Source: Chrysochromulina tobinii
Taxonomy: Eukaryota
Length of the DNA: 64,000 bases
NCBI GenBank assembly: GCA_001275005.1
Contig: JWZX01003073.1
Span: 1-64,000, forward strand
Direction: 5' to 3'
Shown piece after piece: positions 1 to 12,100 of the stretch; positions within the stretch are counted from its first letter, which is position 1, and every line of letters starts with the position of its first letter. Position numbers and translations under genes: made by a program. The notes under the pieces are model-generated. The model searched no databases. It was not told the DNA's origin and saw nothing but the letters and a program-made list of their open reading frames with translations.

Positions 1-164
1 GCACTGTGATTCCCCTCTGATGGCCACTCATTACCCTTGATTGCCCCCCTCATCAGGTGCTCGCTCAGGAGGCGAAGCTCGCACTGTGATTCCCCTCTGA
101 TGGCCACTCATTACCCTTGATTGCCCCCCTCATCAGGTGCTCGCTCAGGAGGCGAAGCTCGCAC
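1..164 (+). repeat. 80-bp tandem duplication comprising an intron cassette plus the first 28 bp of the exon
   Basis: 1-84 is identical to 81-164; unit = gtgctcgctcaggaggcgaagctcgcac + tgtgattcccctctgatggccactcattacccttgattgcccccctcatcag. Confidence 0.95.
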
Positions 165-775
165 GCCTTCTCGAGCAGTGTGGCGAGGCCAAGGCCAGCC
201 TCGCGTCACTGGTCGACGAAGGGCGGCGCAAGCGGCAAGAGCTAGGCTCGATGGAGGTGGCCCTCGCCGACTTGCGCCTCGAGCTGCAGCAGGCAGATGG
301 CCAACGGCTCGCCCAATTGGCGGAGCTCCAGGCGCAATCTCGGCAGATGCAAGCAGATGCACTAGCGGCCGCGACAGCGCGCGCGGCGACGCGCAGCGAT
401 GCGGCGAACGCAGTCGCCGATGCGAAGCGATTGCATGCGGCCAATGCTCTCGCGCGCGTGGAGCTTGACGCCACGCGTAGGGTGCTCGAGTCTCTGCAAC
501 AAGAGACCGCCAACTTTACCGCCGAGGCCAAGACACGTTTCGAGCATTCGAGCGAACAGCTCGAGCGGACGACGCGGCCGGCGCTCGCAGACGTCAAGGC
601 GCGCCTGCTGAGTGTGCGCGCACGGCTCGAGGAGGAAGCCAAGCGGATGCATGCGCTGCAACAGGCCGGATGGACGAGCCCGAGAGTCCAGGTGTCACCG
701 ATGGTCGCCACCTCTTCTGCGACGGCGCTCGCCATCAAGAACTTGCTCGCAGAGAGGCAGCTGCTCAGCAGGTGA
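137..775 (+). CDS. Last exon of a coiled-coil protein (5' part outside window)
   Basis: 212-codon open frame rich in A/E/L/Q/R heptads, preceded by acceptor ...ctcatcAG at 135-136; stop TGA at 773-775. Confidence 0.65.
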   Translation: MLAQEAKLARLLEQCGEAKASLASLVDEGRRKRQELGSMEVALADLRLELQQADGQRLAQLAELQAQSRQMQADALAAATARAATRSDAANAVADAKRLHAANALARVELDATRRVLESLQQETANFTAEAKTRFEHSSEQLERTTRPALADVKARLLSVRARLEEEAKRMHALQQAGWTSPRVQVSPMVATSSATALAIKNLLAERQLLSR

Positions 776-1226
776 GTTGGTTGTCTGGTCTTGTTGAAGG
801 CAGAAGTGGGTCGAGAACAGGGCTCGACACGTGCCGTACGCTATGCCTTGATGTTGCCGATGTCCGCAGATCGCTTGGGAAATTTCAGAATTGCTGGCAC
901 AGACTGCCGTAGTGCCATTTTGTGGTGCTGGCCTCCTGGCCAGCGCAGCACACAGGTCCTCGCGAGAACAGGTAACAGAAACCGCGTTGCCCTTCTCGGC
1001 TCGACCGGAGTGTGGAAAAAAAGGCGGCACGCGGTTCTTTGTGGGTGTTTTTGTGAAAAGCAGCGCACCCCGACCCGTTCCTTTTACATGGACACTTCTG
1101 TGATACAATGTATGAGAGCTTGACTTGACTTGACATGACTTACGTGCGGTGAAGACTTCGTCAAGTCTTCGTCTTCCTCTACCGCGCGGCTGCTCCGACC
1201 AAGACCGTCAACCCGTACGGAAGCCT

Positions 1227-1931
1227 ATGACAGCCGTCGGTACTGGCTCAGGTGCCGGTGACAACCTCGCCGTCGCGGGGCTGCAGAGTCTCGCAGCCAA
1301 CGCATCTGTTGGTCTGGTTGAAAATTACAACATCAACGCCCCCATCTTCTGTGAGAGCCAGTTCTGCTCCACCAACGGAATCTGCTGCGGCTATGACTCA
1401 GTCGCCAACATGTACTTTTGCGCGTCGCACTGCTCTTGCAATAATCGCACGGGCGAGGCCGAATGTACTTGCGACGCCGGCTTCAGTAAGCCGCCGAGCT
1501 GCATGCAGCAGGTGCCGCCAACGGTCTGGCTCGCAGTCATCCTGACCGTCGGCACATTGCTCGTGCTCTTCATCGCGTGGGGTTTCCGTTGCCAGGATGA
1601 CGGCGCGGACGAGGAGATGCAGCGGGCGCCGCGCGACCCTCTGCTTCGTGAGGCGACTAGCGCCGCCGCTGCAGCTGCACGGCCGTTCTCGACACGCGGC
1701 ACCACCGACAACCGGACGACGGCTGGCGAGAACTCGTTGACAGGAGCGGGCACCGCCGGCGGAGACGCGAGCATGCAGCGACGTACGTGCTGCGTGTGCC
1801 TCGATAAGCCCATTCAAGTGGTGCTCATCCCGTGCGGACATGCGTGCCTCTGCCGGAAGTGCTCGCGTAAGCTCGAGACATGCCCAATCTGCCGGCTCCA
1901 GATCCAGGCCACACAACGCTTCTACTTCTAA
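1227..1931 (+). CDS. Membrane protein with Cys-rich/EGF-like ectodomain, one TM helix and C-terminal C3HC4 RING finger (putative E3 ligase)
   Basis: ECTCDAGFSKPPSC (EGF-like), TM VWLAVILTVGTLLVLFIAWGF, RING CCVCLDKPIQVVLIPCGHACLCRKCSRKLETCPICR. First ATG in frame at 1227. Confidence 0.85.
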   Translation: MTAVGTGSGAGDNLAVAGLQSLAANASVGLVENYNINAPIFCESQFCSTNGICCGYDSVANMYFCASHCSCNNRTGEAECTCDAGFSKPPSCMQQVPPTVWLAVILTVGTLLVLFIAWGFRCQDDGADEEMQRAPRDPLLREATSAAAAAARPFSTRGTTDNRTTAGENSLTGAGTAGGDASMQRRTCCVCLDKPIQVVLIPCGHACLCRKCSRKLETCPICRLQIQATQRFYF

Positions 1932-2370
1932 CGGAAATGTGTGGGCCGTGCGCGGCCGACGAGAGCGTGGCGCGCCGATTCATCCGTGCATGCGGTACTT
2001 CTGCGACGCGGCACCGCATCGCAGGTATCATCAATCAGAACCCGCATGCGCCGTCCCTCAGCGCGCCGCGCACACGAGACGCGCGACTGTCACGCCGCGC
2101 GGCGGCGGCGGCGCGGCACCGCGTCGGCCGTCGCGCGTCTCTTTCAAACGAAATGATGATCCTGATGCATCGAGCCTGTATAAATAGTATTCGGTGTACT
2201 ATTCAGTGTTCGCTAAGTGATCGTGCAAATGGGCTTTAGTGTATTTACGACGGCCACCGACGGCGGCGCGGACAAAATGACGCGGACACGAGCGCACCCA
2301 GAGACGTCCAGACTCAGAGGAGGCAGATGGCAGATGCATCTCAGCCCGGCGCCGTCGGCGCCTCACTGCA

Positions 2371-5300
2371 TCACTGGCGAGTCGCTGGCGAGTCGTCCGA
2401 GCCGCCTCCCTCGCCAAAAATCTCAAAGTAGTTGTCGATGATGGCGGCCATCGGCCCGTAGAAGGAGGGATCGTCCTGGATGCGTCGCAGGTAGACGTTG
2501 TCAGCGGTGGGCGCGGCGCCGCTAGAGATACGACGCACGTCAGGTGTGCTTCCAGCGCCTCCGGCGTAGATCGCATTTGCATCGGCCAGTGATTGGGTCG
2601 CCTTCTGCGCCTCGCGCATGAGCGTGCTCAGCAGCGAACCGGCCACCTTGTTGGTCACCATCGAGACGAGCGTCTGCGGCAGGCTGCCCGCTTTGAGGTC
2701 GACATGACTGACCCACCTGACCCTGCACGATGTTTTCGTGAGGGGGTGGATGAGAACCTTGATGCACTTGAACGACGCGAGCTTGATGCCCTCCGCGCTC
2801 GCTGGGACTTCCACAGGTGCCGCGTCCCCGAGCGACGCGCCGAGCAGCAAGATGGACTGGCGCTCTTGTAGAGAGTCGGAAATGGACCAGTGGATGAGAG
2901 CGCCGCGCTTCATCATGGGCGTCAGGTCGAACTGCACGTACGTGGTGCGCTCATACGGAGAGATATGCGTGAGCACCTCGGCGGCTCCGCAGAAGGGCAT
3001 CCATTTAGGCCAGAGCTCGGCTTCGTGTGCCACCGCCGATGCATGCAAAAGGGAGGCACCTGAGAGTTCGCCGTCGATGCGTACCCATAGGGACCCATCC
3101 TCGTCCGGTCGCCACTGAGTGCGAAGCCCGAGTGCCTCAGACGCAGGTCGCCAGCCCCCACTACCCAGCTCGTCCAGCTCGCGCAAGGCTATCTGCACCT
3201 CGGTCGTCGAGACCAGAATCATGTTGAGCATCGTGCGCATGTTCTTGAGCCACTCCTGCTCCGTTTCGTCACGAGGTGTGAGGCAAGCCTTTGTGACGAG
3301 CTTCTCGACGCCTCGAAGCACCTGCGACCGGCGCAGCAGAGGGGTACGATTAGAAAGGTGGGGTTGGGAAGGTGGTAGGGGAGACTATCCTCGGGGTGGG
3401 GCGGGAGCGCAAGTTCGCAGGGCGGGTACTTGGGGGATGAGGCGGGTAGAATGGGGGGGTGGGGCGGGTCATCCGGGGTTGGGGCGGGTATGGAGGGTCG
3501 GGGCGGGGTGGAGGGGGCAGGGGAAGCACCTGCCCACACGCGAGGATGCGGTTCGCGCGCAGGTGACGCGACATTTCCTTGAGACCGTCCTGCAGCGCCA
3601 CGCCATGCTCGGCGTACAGCGTCGCACTCTCGGCGAAGAGATCCTCTGAGAGCTCATCCAGCTGGGCAGCGTACCAATTGGCGGACTGTGGCTCGGCGTC
3701 GCGCCCGAGCGCGCTCACGTGGAGCTCCTGCTGCCGTGCGAGCTCTATCGCCTCGACGAGCTTGCGCTCAGCCATCTCGAGCTCCCGCTCCGTCGGGCCT
3801 ACCGGAGGGTCCTGCCCCTTAAGGGCGATCACGCCGCGGTAGGCCTCGATGGCGAGATGGTGATCTCCGAGCTTGAGCCGCAGATTGGCCGCGGACAGCG
3901 CCATCGAGATCTTTGGCTGCAACTTGATCGCAGCCTCGATGCACTCGCATGCCTTCTTGAACTTGCCCTCCTTGTTGAACTGCTTGGCACGATCGAAGAG
4001 CTCCTCGGCGCTCAGGCCCGTCAACATCTGGCCTTGCACGGCCAACTCGGAGGCCTGCATCGTCAGAGTGCGAGCGTTGTCGGCGGCGGAGGCGATGCCC
4101 TGGCGCAACCGTTTCATAGGTGCCCAGGCTCCACCCTCCTCCTCCACAACTCCACCCTCCTCCGCCACGTCCTCCTCCTCCCCCCCCTCCCTCCTCCCCC
4201 TCCTCCTCCTCCTCCTCCTCGCCATCGTCGTCCTCCTCGCCCTCTCCCCACTCCTCCTCTTCCTCCCCGCCGCCTGCCACAGCCTTCTTCGCGCCTTCGA
4301 CTAATGCAGGCATGCCGCCAGCAGCAGCAGCGGCAATGCCAGCAGCGCGGTCGCCCTTGCCGGTCGAACCTGGCGCCGCCTCCGCGCCCGCTGCCTCCTC
4401 GGCAACGGCCGCCGGCAGCGGCGAGGCAAGCTCGAAATAGTTCGTCCCTGACACTCGATCTGGTAGCTCGTCGCTCGTCAGGACGCCAGATGCGGCGGCG
4501 CTGGGGTCGGCGGCATTCGGTTCCAAGCTCGAGCGCGAGCGGAGAGCACTTGGCGGCTTCGGCAGTACGGGCAGGGTGCCGCCGGCGGCGCCACCGGGCG
4601 CCCCATCCAGGCTCGAGGCGGCAGCGGCGCTGGACGGCGGCGGCGGCAGCTGCTTATTGACCTTGAAAAAGACGAGGGGCTTCAGCTTTCGTTCTTGGGG
4701 AGGTGGGACTAGGCTGCCCACCGCGTGCGCGTCGGCCAGTAGCCCAGGCTCTCCCGCGACCAGCCACGACTCCATCGGCGCGACCGCCGACGCCGCGTGC
4801 CCCGCCGGATCCTCTATGCCGATGCCCTCTCGCTTGCCTGCGGTGCGCTCCGAGCCCTGATCAGCCGCCTCTTCGCTCCCAGCCACGCTCTCGTACCGGT
4901 AGAGCTGGAGCGGGCGCGCGATCACGTACGCGGCGAGGATCGAGCCCAGGACCGACGCGATTCCCGTGGCCACGCCGGCGGCGATCAGGCTTGACGACAC
5001 TGAGTGGCGAGGCAGTTGATTGATGAGGTTCGTGGCCGAGCCGGCCTGCACGAGCGCGACGATGAGCGCGAGCGGGCAGCCGAGGGACGAGAGTAGGTAG
5101 GCCAGGTTGAAGACCGTGCACAGGCCGTGCTGGCGCTGTACGCGCGCGAACGAGGCGGCGAATCCGAAGGCGTAGCCGGGGATGTAGAGCGCGAGCACGC
5201 TGCTGCTCATTGCCGTGAGCACGGCTGTGAGCACGGTCTGCGTGAAGCTGACGCTCTGCACGAGCCGCTGGATCTGTACCGCAAACCGGTAATTCTCGGC

Positions 5301-5480
5301 GATCGAGAGGGGCCGCGCATGCCGCCGGCGCCCAGCGGGCGTATTCTCCAAAGCAGCCGATGTGAGGCCCTCTGACACAAGCCCATCATTCCTGCGAATC
5401 GACTGGAGTTTCCGCGAGTAGTTGGCCAGCCGCGCGGCAATGTCCTGCTCGTCCAGCGAGAGGGCATCGCGCATCTCCAT
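2371..5480 (-). CDS. Multi-TM + acidic linker + TPR-like + START-like lipid-binding domain protein; one intron (3322-3529) and an apparent 1-nt frameshift near 4190
   Basis: ORF 3819-5489 has about 4 hydrophobic helices and runs into a GAG/GGG tract, where ORF 3350-4225 (TPR-like AKQFNKEGKFKKACECIEAAIKLQP) takes over. GT..AG intron 3529-3322 joins RILACGQ|VLRGVEK to ORF 2371-3321 (EAELWPKWMPFC, RVRWVSHVDLK: START/Bet v1-like). Confidence 0.65.
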
Positions 5481-5906
5481 GGTTGTCACTGTGACAGTAA
5501 ATGAAGGAAGCCAGCCAGCCGTTCGTGAAGCTCAGGTCCACAGGTGCGCCCGCGACGGGTCACCTCGACGCGCAGAAAAAGACTGCTGTGAAGTTCAGCG
5601 AACCGTTTTCTTCATAGTTCAACACGACGCGAATTTGACAGTCGGTCTAACGCCGGTCATTTTGAGCTGACCTTTACGGTACGTGTAAACATAAAAGACA
5701 AGTCTTTGACATGCAACAGAAAAGACACGTATTTTGACAATAGGCTCTCTGTGACACACACTCGCCACGCGGTGCTCGGCTGCCGGGGGATGATGGCGCA
5801 TGGGGCTTGCTCCAAATGCTCGACCTCGTATAGACCTCGTACGAGGTCGTCGTCATCGATCGCGTCGTCCAAGTCGCGACCGACTCGCTAGGACACGACA
5901 ACGATC

Positions 5907-7523
5907 TCATGGCCCGTAGCAGTGCACCTCATCCCAATTCTCTCCTAGCAGGACTGGCAGAGGCTGAAATAGCATGAGACTCACTGGCCACTGCGGCGGC
6001 GGTAGCAGCGCGACCTCATCGGCGGCGCACGATGGGGGGAAAAGTCCCCGCCCGAGCGAGCACGTCGCCGTCCTGGCCTTCGCGTCCCACCGGTACACAA
6101 CGTCTACACCAGCCCCACGCTGTCGCCACGCCTCGATGTTGGCCTTCAATGCAGGCGGCACGGCCACCGAAAGGCGCGTGTACGAGAGCTCGAAGCTCTC
6201 TCCTCTCGCCTGCGCCTCGCCGATGAGGCGCCGGAGCTCGAGGGCGGGCACGCTGTATAGGGCGGCGGTGGGCGCGTCGGCCGCGGGTCCAGCCACAGCC
6301 TCAAGTCCGATGACGCGCCCAAGCATTGGGTTCCACTGACGCGCTGTGTGGCCCGCCGCGGCGAGGAGGGCGCGCGCGGCAGGACTGATCGAAGCGGTCA
6401 CTTCCGCCGGGTACTGCGCCGCCATCCTTTCGGACGTAACTGACGTGACGCGGATGGTGGAAAAGGCCGCGCGGCTGAGTTGGCTCGGAAGGAGCCCATG
6501 CAACAGGCCAGTGGGCACGAGCAGGTGGTTGGAGCCGGCGTGGAAGCGCTGGTTGCTGAACATGTTGGGAGCCATCTGATCGACGACTCCGAGCATAGGC
6601 AAGCCAAACGCGTAGACGGCCGCCACGGCAAGCGGTCCACGCATACGAAGCGCGTTCTGGCCACCTGCTGACGTGTCAACCGTGACCGTCGGTTGCATCA
6701 AGACAACCGCACGCGAGAGTAAGATGAATTGGGCAAAGTATGCTGTCGGTGCCGTGTCAAAAAAGAAGGGATGAGCTCCAACAAGGCGTCCGGCGATGGC
6801 GATCACAGCCGCGAGGGCAGCGAGCACCGTTACGCTGAGGGCACGTGTCTCAGAAAGAGCGGCCGCGACCGCGTCCGGCGCAAAGAAGAAGAGGTATTGC
6901 GCGGCGCACACGGAAAAGCCACCGGCATTGTTCGGCGGTGGCGTGAGCACGACGAGGAGGTGGAAGACCAAGGCGAGAGCGAGGCCGGCTCGGCGGCGTG
7001 TTGCGAGCAGCAGCGGGATGGCCAACTCAACCGCGAGGGCGGCACCGGGCGCAAGCTTGCTGAGCAAGAATGCGACCTGTGCGCTTTGAGCAAGCGGGGG
7101 TGCATACGCCGCGATGAGTTGGGCAAAGAAGATCGTGCCGCACGACGTGCGTGCATCGAGAAAGCTAGTGTTGAGCTTCCAGAACGCCGCGCCAGCGTAA
7201 AATGTGATCAGCTGCGCCCGAATAGCGGGCGCAGCTCGCGCCACATCTGTGCCGGCCGCCACAATGGTGATGTCCATGAGCACCGCCCACAATTCGACCT
7301 CAAATATGATCGGCATCGACGATATGCGCAGCGCAAGTCGCACGAGCGTCACGAGTGTGAAAAGTTGACGAGACTTGGAGAAGGCGGTGAGCAGAACGAG
7401 GATCAGTAGAACCGTGCTTGTCTGTGCAAAGAAACCACCGACGGTGGAGCCGCCGTACAGTTGGTTGACGGCCTGGATGAGCCAGACGCTGCGCACGTAG
7501 GCAGAGAAGAGAGTGAACGACAT
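5907..7523 (-). CDS. Polytopic membrane protein, HTTM / vitamin K-dependent carboxylase-like family (tentative)
   Basis: 538 aa ORF with many TM helices; motifs FYAGAAFWKLNTSFL, AVELAIPLLL..LALVFHL, NMFSNQR resemble HTTM-domain proteins. Confidence 0.6.
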   Translation of the reverse strand: MSFTLFSAYVRSVWLIQAVNQLYGGSTVGGFFAQTSTVLLILVLLTAFSKSRQLFTLVTLVRLALRISSMPIIFEVELWAVLMDITIVAAGTDVARAAPAIRAQLITFYAGAAFWKLNTSFLDARTSCGTIFFAQLIAAYAPPLAQSAQVAFLLSKLAPGAALAVELAIPLLLATRRRAGLALALVFHLLVVLTPPPNNAGGFSVCAAQYLFFFAPDAVAAALSETRALSVTVLAALAAVIAIAGRLVGAHPFFFDTAPTAYFAQFILLSRAVVLMQPTVTVDTSAGGQNALRMRGPLAVAAVYAFGLPMLGVVDQMAPNMFSNQRFHAGSNHLLVPTGLLHGLLPSQLSRAAFSTIRVTSVTSERMAAQYPAEVTASISPAARALLAAAGHTARQWNPMLGRVIGLEAVAGPAADAPTAALYSVPALELRRLIGEAQARGESFELSYTRLSVAVPPALKANIEAWRQRGAGVDVVYRWDAKARTATCSLGRGLFPPSCAADEVALLPPPQWPVSLMLFQPLPVLLGENWDEVHCYGP

Positions 7524-8055
7524 CGCGGTTCCTCTATCTGTGTTCCCCCCTCCCTCCCAGAATTATTTTTCTGCCACACAAAGGCGCGCGACCAGGTCGC
7601 AGTGCAAGTCAAGTCAAGTCAAGTCTTGCCGGGGTAGTCAAGTCATCTCCAGTCATCTCACCTGTCAAGCATTCGCTCCGAGCTGCGCGCGCGGTGAGTC
7701 CAGTCCGGTCGTTGAGTCGAGGGGATCGCCCCACGGTGTCGACGGGGTGTCTGCACCCGCGCCCACATCTCTGATGTCAACAGATGTGGTGTCGTACACG
7801 GAGTGACCCGCATCGATCGATGATGAAGAGCCAACGGTCCCATGCCAAGATCCCGCGCGCGTGAAACCACACTTCGGGTTCACAAATTGGATATACCAAT
7901 TACCCAATTGCAACGTACCATGATCGCTTGATCGCATGTCCGGTTACGCAAGCACGAATCACTTATGTCTTATGATATGGCTTGCGTGAATTTTTATTAC
8001 GGGTGTTCGAACGGATCCGGGATCCCGCGCAGAACCGCAGTGTACGAACTCATAG

Positions 8056-8958
8056 TCATACCCAACCAACGTTGTGCAAGGCTTGCACGATACACGCACC
8101 CCAGAGTTCATGGCCTGCTGCATTCGGATGCAAACGGTCAGGCATCAGGTCACGGCGAACAATCTCGGGCCGAGTGGAAGCTGGGGCAATTCCAGCTTGC
8201 GGACCCGCGCCGGACGCAGCGGCAGCCAAGCCGAGGTCTGCCGCGGTGCTCTTCTTGGCGGGTGACTGTGTGTAGAACGGAGCGCCGCAGTCCACGTAAC
8301 TGACGCGGCTTGGATAGAGCCTTTGGAGATGGGAAGCCACCGCCTTCTCGAGCGCCGAGTTGACTGCGACCACATCGTCCGTATAGTGGCTCGTTCCCGA
8401 GGAAGCAGTGCGCGAATGCCTGCGCTTGCGCTTGTCGCCACGAGGAAGCAGCGCATTGATGAGCAGGCGTGTGCGCGTCGCATTGAGAAGGTAGCTTGCG
8501 ACGGCGAGAATGCCGCGCGTGGTGTCACCAACGGAATGCCCGTGGCCTAAATTGTTGGTACCAATCAAGAGGTTCACGTTGAGCCACGGGTCGTTCTTCA
8601 TAAGTGGTGTGAATTCGCCTGCTTGCAAGCGCCACAAGAGATGCTGCGTGCAATCCGCTGAGATGGCAAGTGGCAACGGAGATGGCCAATGCTTCGCCAG
8701 AGTACTGTTGAGCACGCCCGGCACGCCACGAGTGCGTGGCATCGTCTTGCAATACGACGTCCCACGCCAGCTCTCTGTGATGCTGTCGCCAAAGAGCACC
8801 AGTCGCGGCTTGTGCTGTTCGACCGCTGGTGTGTAGGTGGCTGCAGCGATTCGCATGCTCTCATGGCACGAACGCCAAGTGTAGAGCTCTTTGCGGTTGT
8901 GCACGCTCCATGGTAGGGTGCGCGGCGAGGGCACGTCGGGAACTTCGTTATGTGACAT
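8056..8958 (-). CDS. SGNH/GDSL hydrolase (PAF-acetylhydrolase Ib-like)
   Basis: Blocks LVLFGDSITE (Ser), LLIGTNNLG (Asn), MPDRLHPNAAGHELW (DxxH). Start codon uncertain. Confidence 0.85.
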   Translation of the reverse strand: MSHNEVPDVPSPRTLPWSVHNRKELYTWRSCHESMRIAAATYTPAVEQHKPRLVLFGDSITESWRGTSYCKTMPRTRGVPGVLNSTLAKHWPSPLPLAISADCTQHLLWRLQAGEFTPLMKNDPWLNVNLLIGTNNLGHGHSVGDTTRGILAVASYLLNATRTRLLINALLPRGDKRKRRHSRTASSGTSHYTDDVVAVNSALEKAVASHLQRLYPSRVSYVDCGAPFYTQSPAKKSTAADLGLAAAASGAGPQAGIAPASTRPEIVRRDLMPDRLHPNAAGHELWGACIVQALHNVGWV

Positions 8959-9144
8959 GAATTCGGCGGCCGCACCTGTGAACGGAAAGACAGTAAATTT
9001 TTTCAAACCGAGGTGGGTGCGGTGGTGGTGACTCACCCGGCCTTCACACTGCTACATCACTGACGAAACACACGTGAAAAACCCCGCGCATCGAGAGGGG
9101 CGCGTTCGCGTCACCAGCAGAGGGCGCGCTGCCCGCGCCGGTCC

Positions 9145-12100
9145 ATGGAAAAGGTGACTTTTGGCTTCTACCACGCGCTCGGCGTCACGTTCGACGCCGA
9201 TGAGCAGGCCATCAAGAAGGCGTTTCGCAAGCTGTCCCTGAAGCTGCACCCTGACCGCAACCCGGGTGACGAGTCCGCCAAGGACAAATTCCAGATCGTC
9301 AACTCGTCCTACGCATGCCTCTCGGAGACGCCGCGTCGGGAGCAGTACGATGCGATGTTCCGCATGCGCTGCGTCCTCGACCAGGGAAATCTCACGGCAG
9401 ATCAGCTTCGCGAGCTCGAACTGGATGCAAACTACATGTTCCCCGTGCTTGGCGTCAAGACCCTTGGCATGCGTGAGGAGGCCGTGCTGATGCTCAACCT
9501 CGAGGACGGGCTGCCAAAAGCTAGCGTTGAACGCTGGCGTAACGGCGAGAACATCGACCAGCGGCCGCTCAGCTCGCTGCGCTCCGTGGACGCGGACGAC
9601 AACCCGCCGAACGGCGTCAAGCTTGCATTCCGAGAGGAGAGTAGCAAAACGGAAACGAAGGTGCACCTGCTCGCGCGCTCGGTCGGAGAGCGCGGGACAA
9701 TCGTGCTGCTGCTGCGTACGCTCACCAGCGCCGGTGCGAAGCTGCGCACCGACGACCGCCTGATGCCGCCCCCGCCGCGGCTCACGGCATGGCTAAAGCT
9801 AAGCAGCACGAGCTTGATGTACGGCAAGCAGAGTGTTCGCGTGTTCGCGCTGCTGGGGCGCTCGAAGCTGCTCCTCTTCTCGGACGCGCAGCTTCGCCAG
9901 CTGAAGCAGCTCATCACGCTCGAGACGGGCGCCGTGCAGCTGCGCCACACGCCAGGAGAGCAGGAGTTTGAGCTCACCATCAACCCGCCTACCTCGCCAA
10001 ACACGAAGAGCTCTGCATTTGGAGCCGGGAAAGACTTGCTCAATATGGGCAAGTCGATGTTCAAGCTCACGCTGAGCGCCGAAACGGGCTTCGTGGCGGG
10101 TCAGTGGGCCACAGCCATCTCCGAAGGGCTCATGCAGGCGGGACTCAACGCCGAGGGTGTCACTATGCAAGCGTCGGCCTCAGGCGCCACAGGCGCGGGC
10201 GCACCCACCAAACCGAAATGGGGGCCGGAGATGATGGGGGCTGCGCCGGCGGACCCGTTCGACATGCCCAAGAGCTCGAAGGCGGCAGTGGGGAGCGGGG
10301 GCGGCGCGAGCGCCAAGCCAAAGACCGAGCAGGTCGCCGAGGCCGACCTGCTCGGCGATCTGGGAGGCGGCGATGAGGCCGACCTCGTCCGAACGGCCTC
10401 ATTAGGATTGAATTCCGACCTGCGCGAGCTCGTTGCAAAGCCGACGGCCGACATCCAGGCGGAAGAGGGCGAACCCGTGGCGGATGAGCCGCCGGAGGAT
10501 CCGGAGCCGAGCCCACATCAGTCCAGCCGACCGCCAATGACTGGCGGTGCTCCAACACCCAACCTCATGGGGTTCACTCCGTCGGGTGGGATGGGCACGC
10601 GGAGCAGTAGCCAATCATCAGGCAGCCTCATGGATATGATCGATGATGCACCGCTGATGGGGCTGTCGATGAATACCCCGCCGATGGGGATGTCGATGAT
10701 TACCCCGCCGATGGGAATGATGAATACGCCGATGGGGATGTCGATGAATACACCGCCGATGGGGATGTCGATGAATGTACCGCCTTTGGGGATGACGATG
10801 GCACCGTCGTCGATGGCACCTATGGTGTCTTCGGGAGCGGCAGGATCGGCGACGTCCTGGCAGCGGCAGCTCACTCTGAACAAGCCGATGCAGGGCAGCC
10901 GGCTTGGGCTCGATATCGAGCAGGGGAGTCTCCCGGATGTGGTGGTGGTGTGCGAGGTCAAGGCCAACTCGGCTGCTGAGAAGGCGGGCTTGAGGGTGGG
11001 CGAGCGGCTGTACACAGTCGCCGGCAAGCCTGTGATGAACACCGACAACGCATTTGACTTGCTCTGCGACGCCATCGGCGACATTAAGTTGACCGTTGGC
11101 CCGCTGACGCCGCCGCCGTCAGTGCCCATGCATCTACCTATGGCACCACCGTCCGACTCTGCCTTCAGCGACTCTGCCTTCGGTTTCATGGCTGGGGGCA
11201 ATGGCGGTGGCGGCAGCGCCCCTGTGTCACCGTCGACCACCGTCGGTGACTCTGCCTTCGGTTTCATCGCCGCCGCCGAGCCGGCACCGCCGCTGGTTTC
11301 GTCACCGCCGCTGGTTTCGGGCTTCGGCTTTATGGATGGCAGCAATGGCGGTGGCGGCAGCGCCCGGGTGTCGCCGTTGGGCGGTGGCGGTTCTGCCTTC
11401 GGCTTCATCGACGTCGGCAATACCTCGCCCCCGGCCGACCGACCGCCACGAGCGAGGCCACCCGCACCCTCCATCCCCTTTCCCGTGTGCGAGGGCTCGG
11501 AGCTACTCGTCGAGTGGCAGCTGCCTGTGTGGGCAGGCGACAGTGCAGGCGCCGTGCACCACTATGAACTCCAATGGCGAAACGAGGAGGAGGATTGGTG
11601 GACGGCCTCATCGAGCTCGCGGACCATCGCGCTCACGCGTGCGCGGCTGCGGGGACTGCGGCCGGCCTCAGCCTACTGGTTGCGCGTGCGCTCCATCGGT
11701 GCGGACAACGGCAAGTCCGACTTCTCGAGCTCGATCTGGCCAGCCCTCACGCCCACCTCGCCTCCGCAAGCCTTCGCCAACTCCGACGGCTCGGTACACG
11801 TGTTCCTCGAGCCGCTGCCGCCCTTTGCGACCTACTACGAGGTGCAGTGGATCCCAGCTGCCAAGTATGCCAGAGGCCCCAAAGTCGCGTTAATGAATTG
11901 GAAGCTCGCTCAAGCCGATGTGCTTCCGAACGGCCAAGGTGGCGCAAACGGCAGCGCGGGCCCTTGGTCAGCCCTTGCCGTCGCTGCGAATGCATGGAAG
12001 GGTGCCACCATGGTCCTGCGGCAACTGCCGCGCGGAGGCCCATACCTATTCCGCGTGCGGACGGCCAGCGAAGATGGCCTGACCTCGCCTTACTCGGCGC

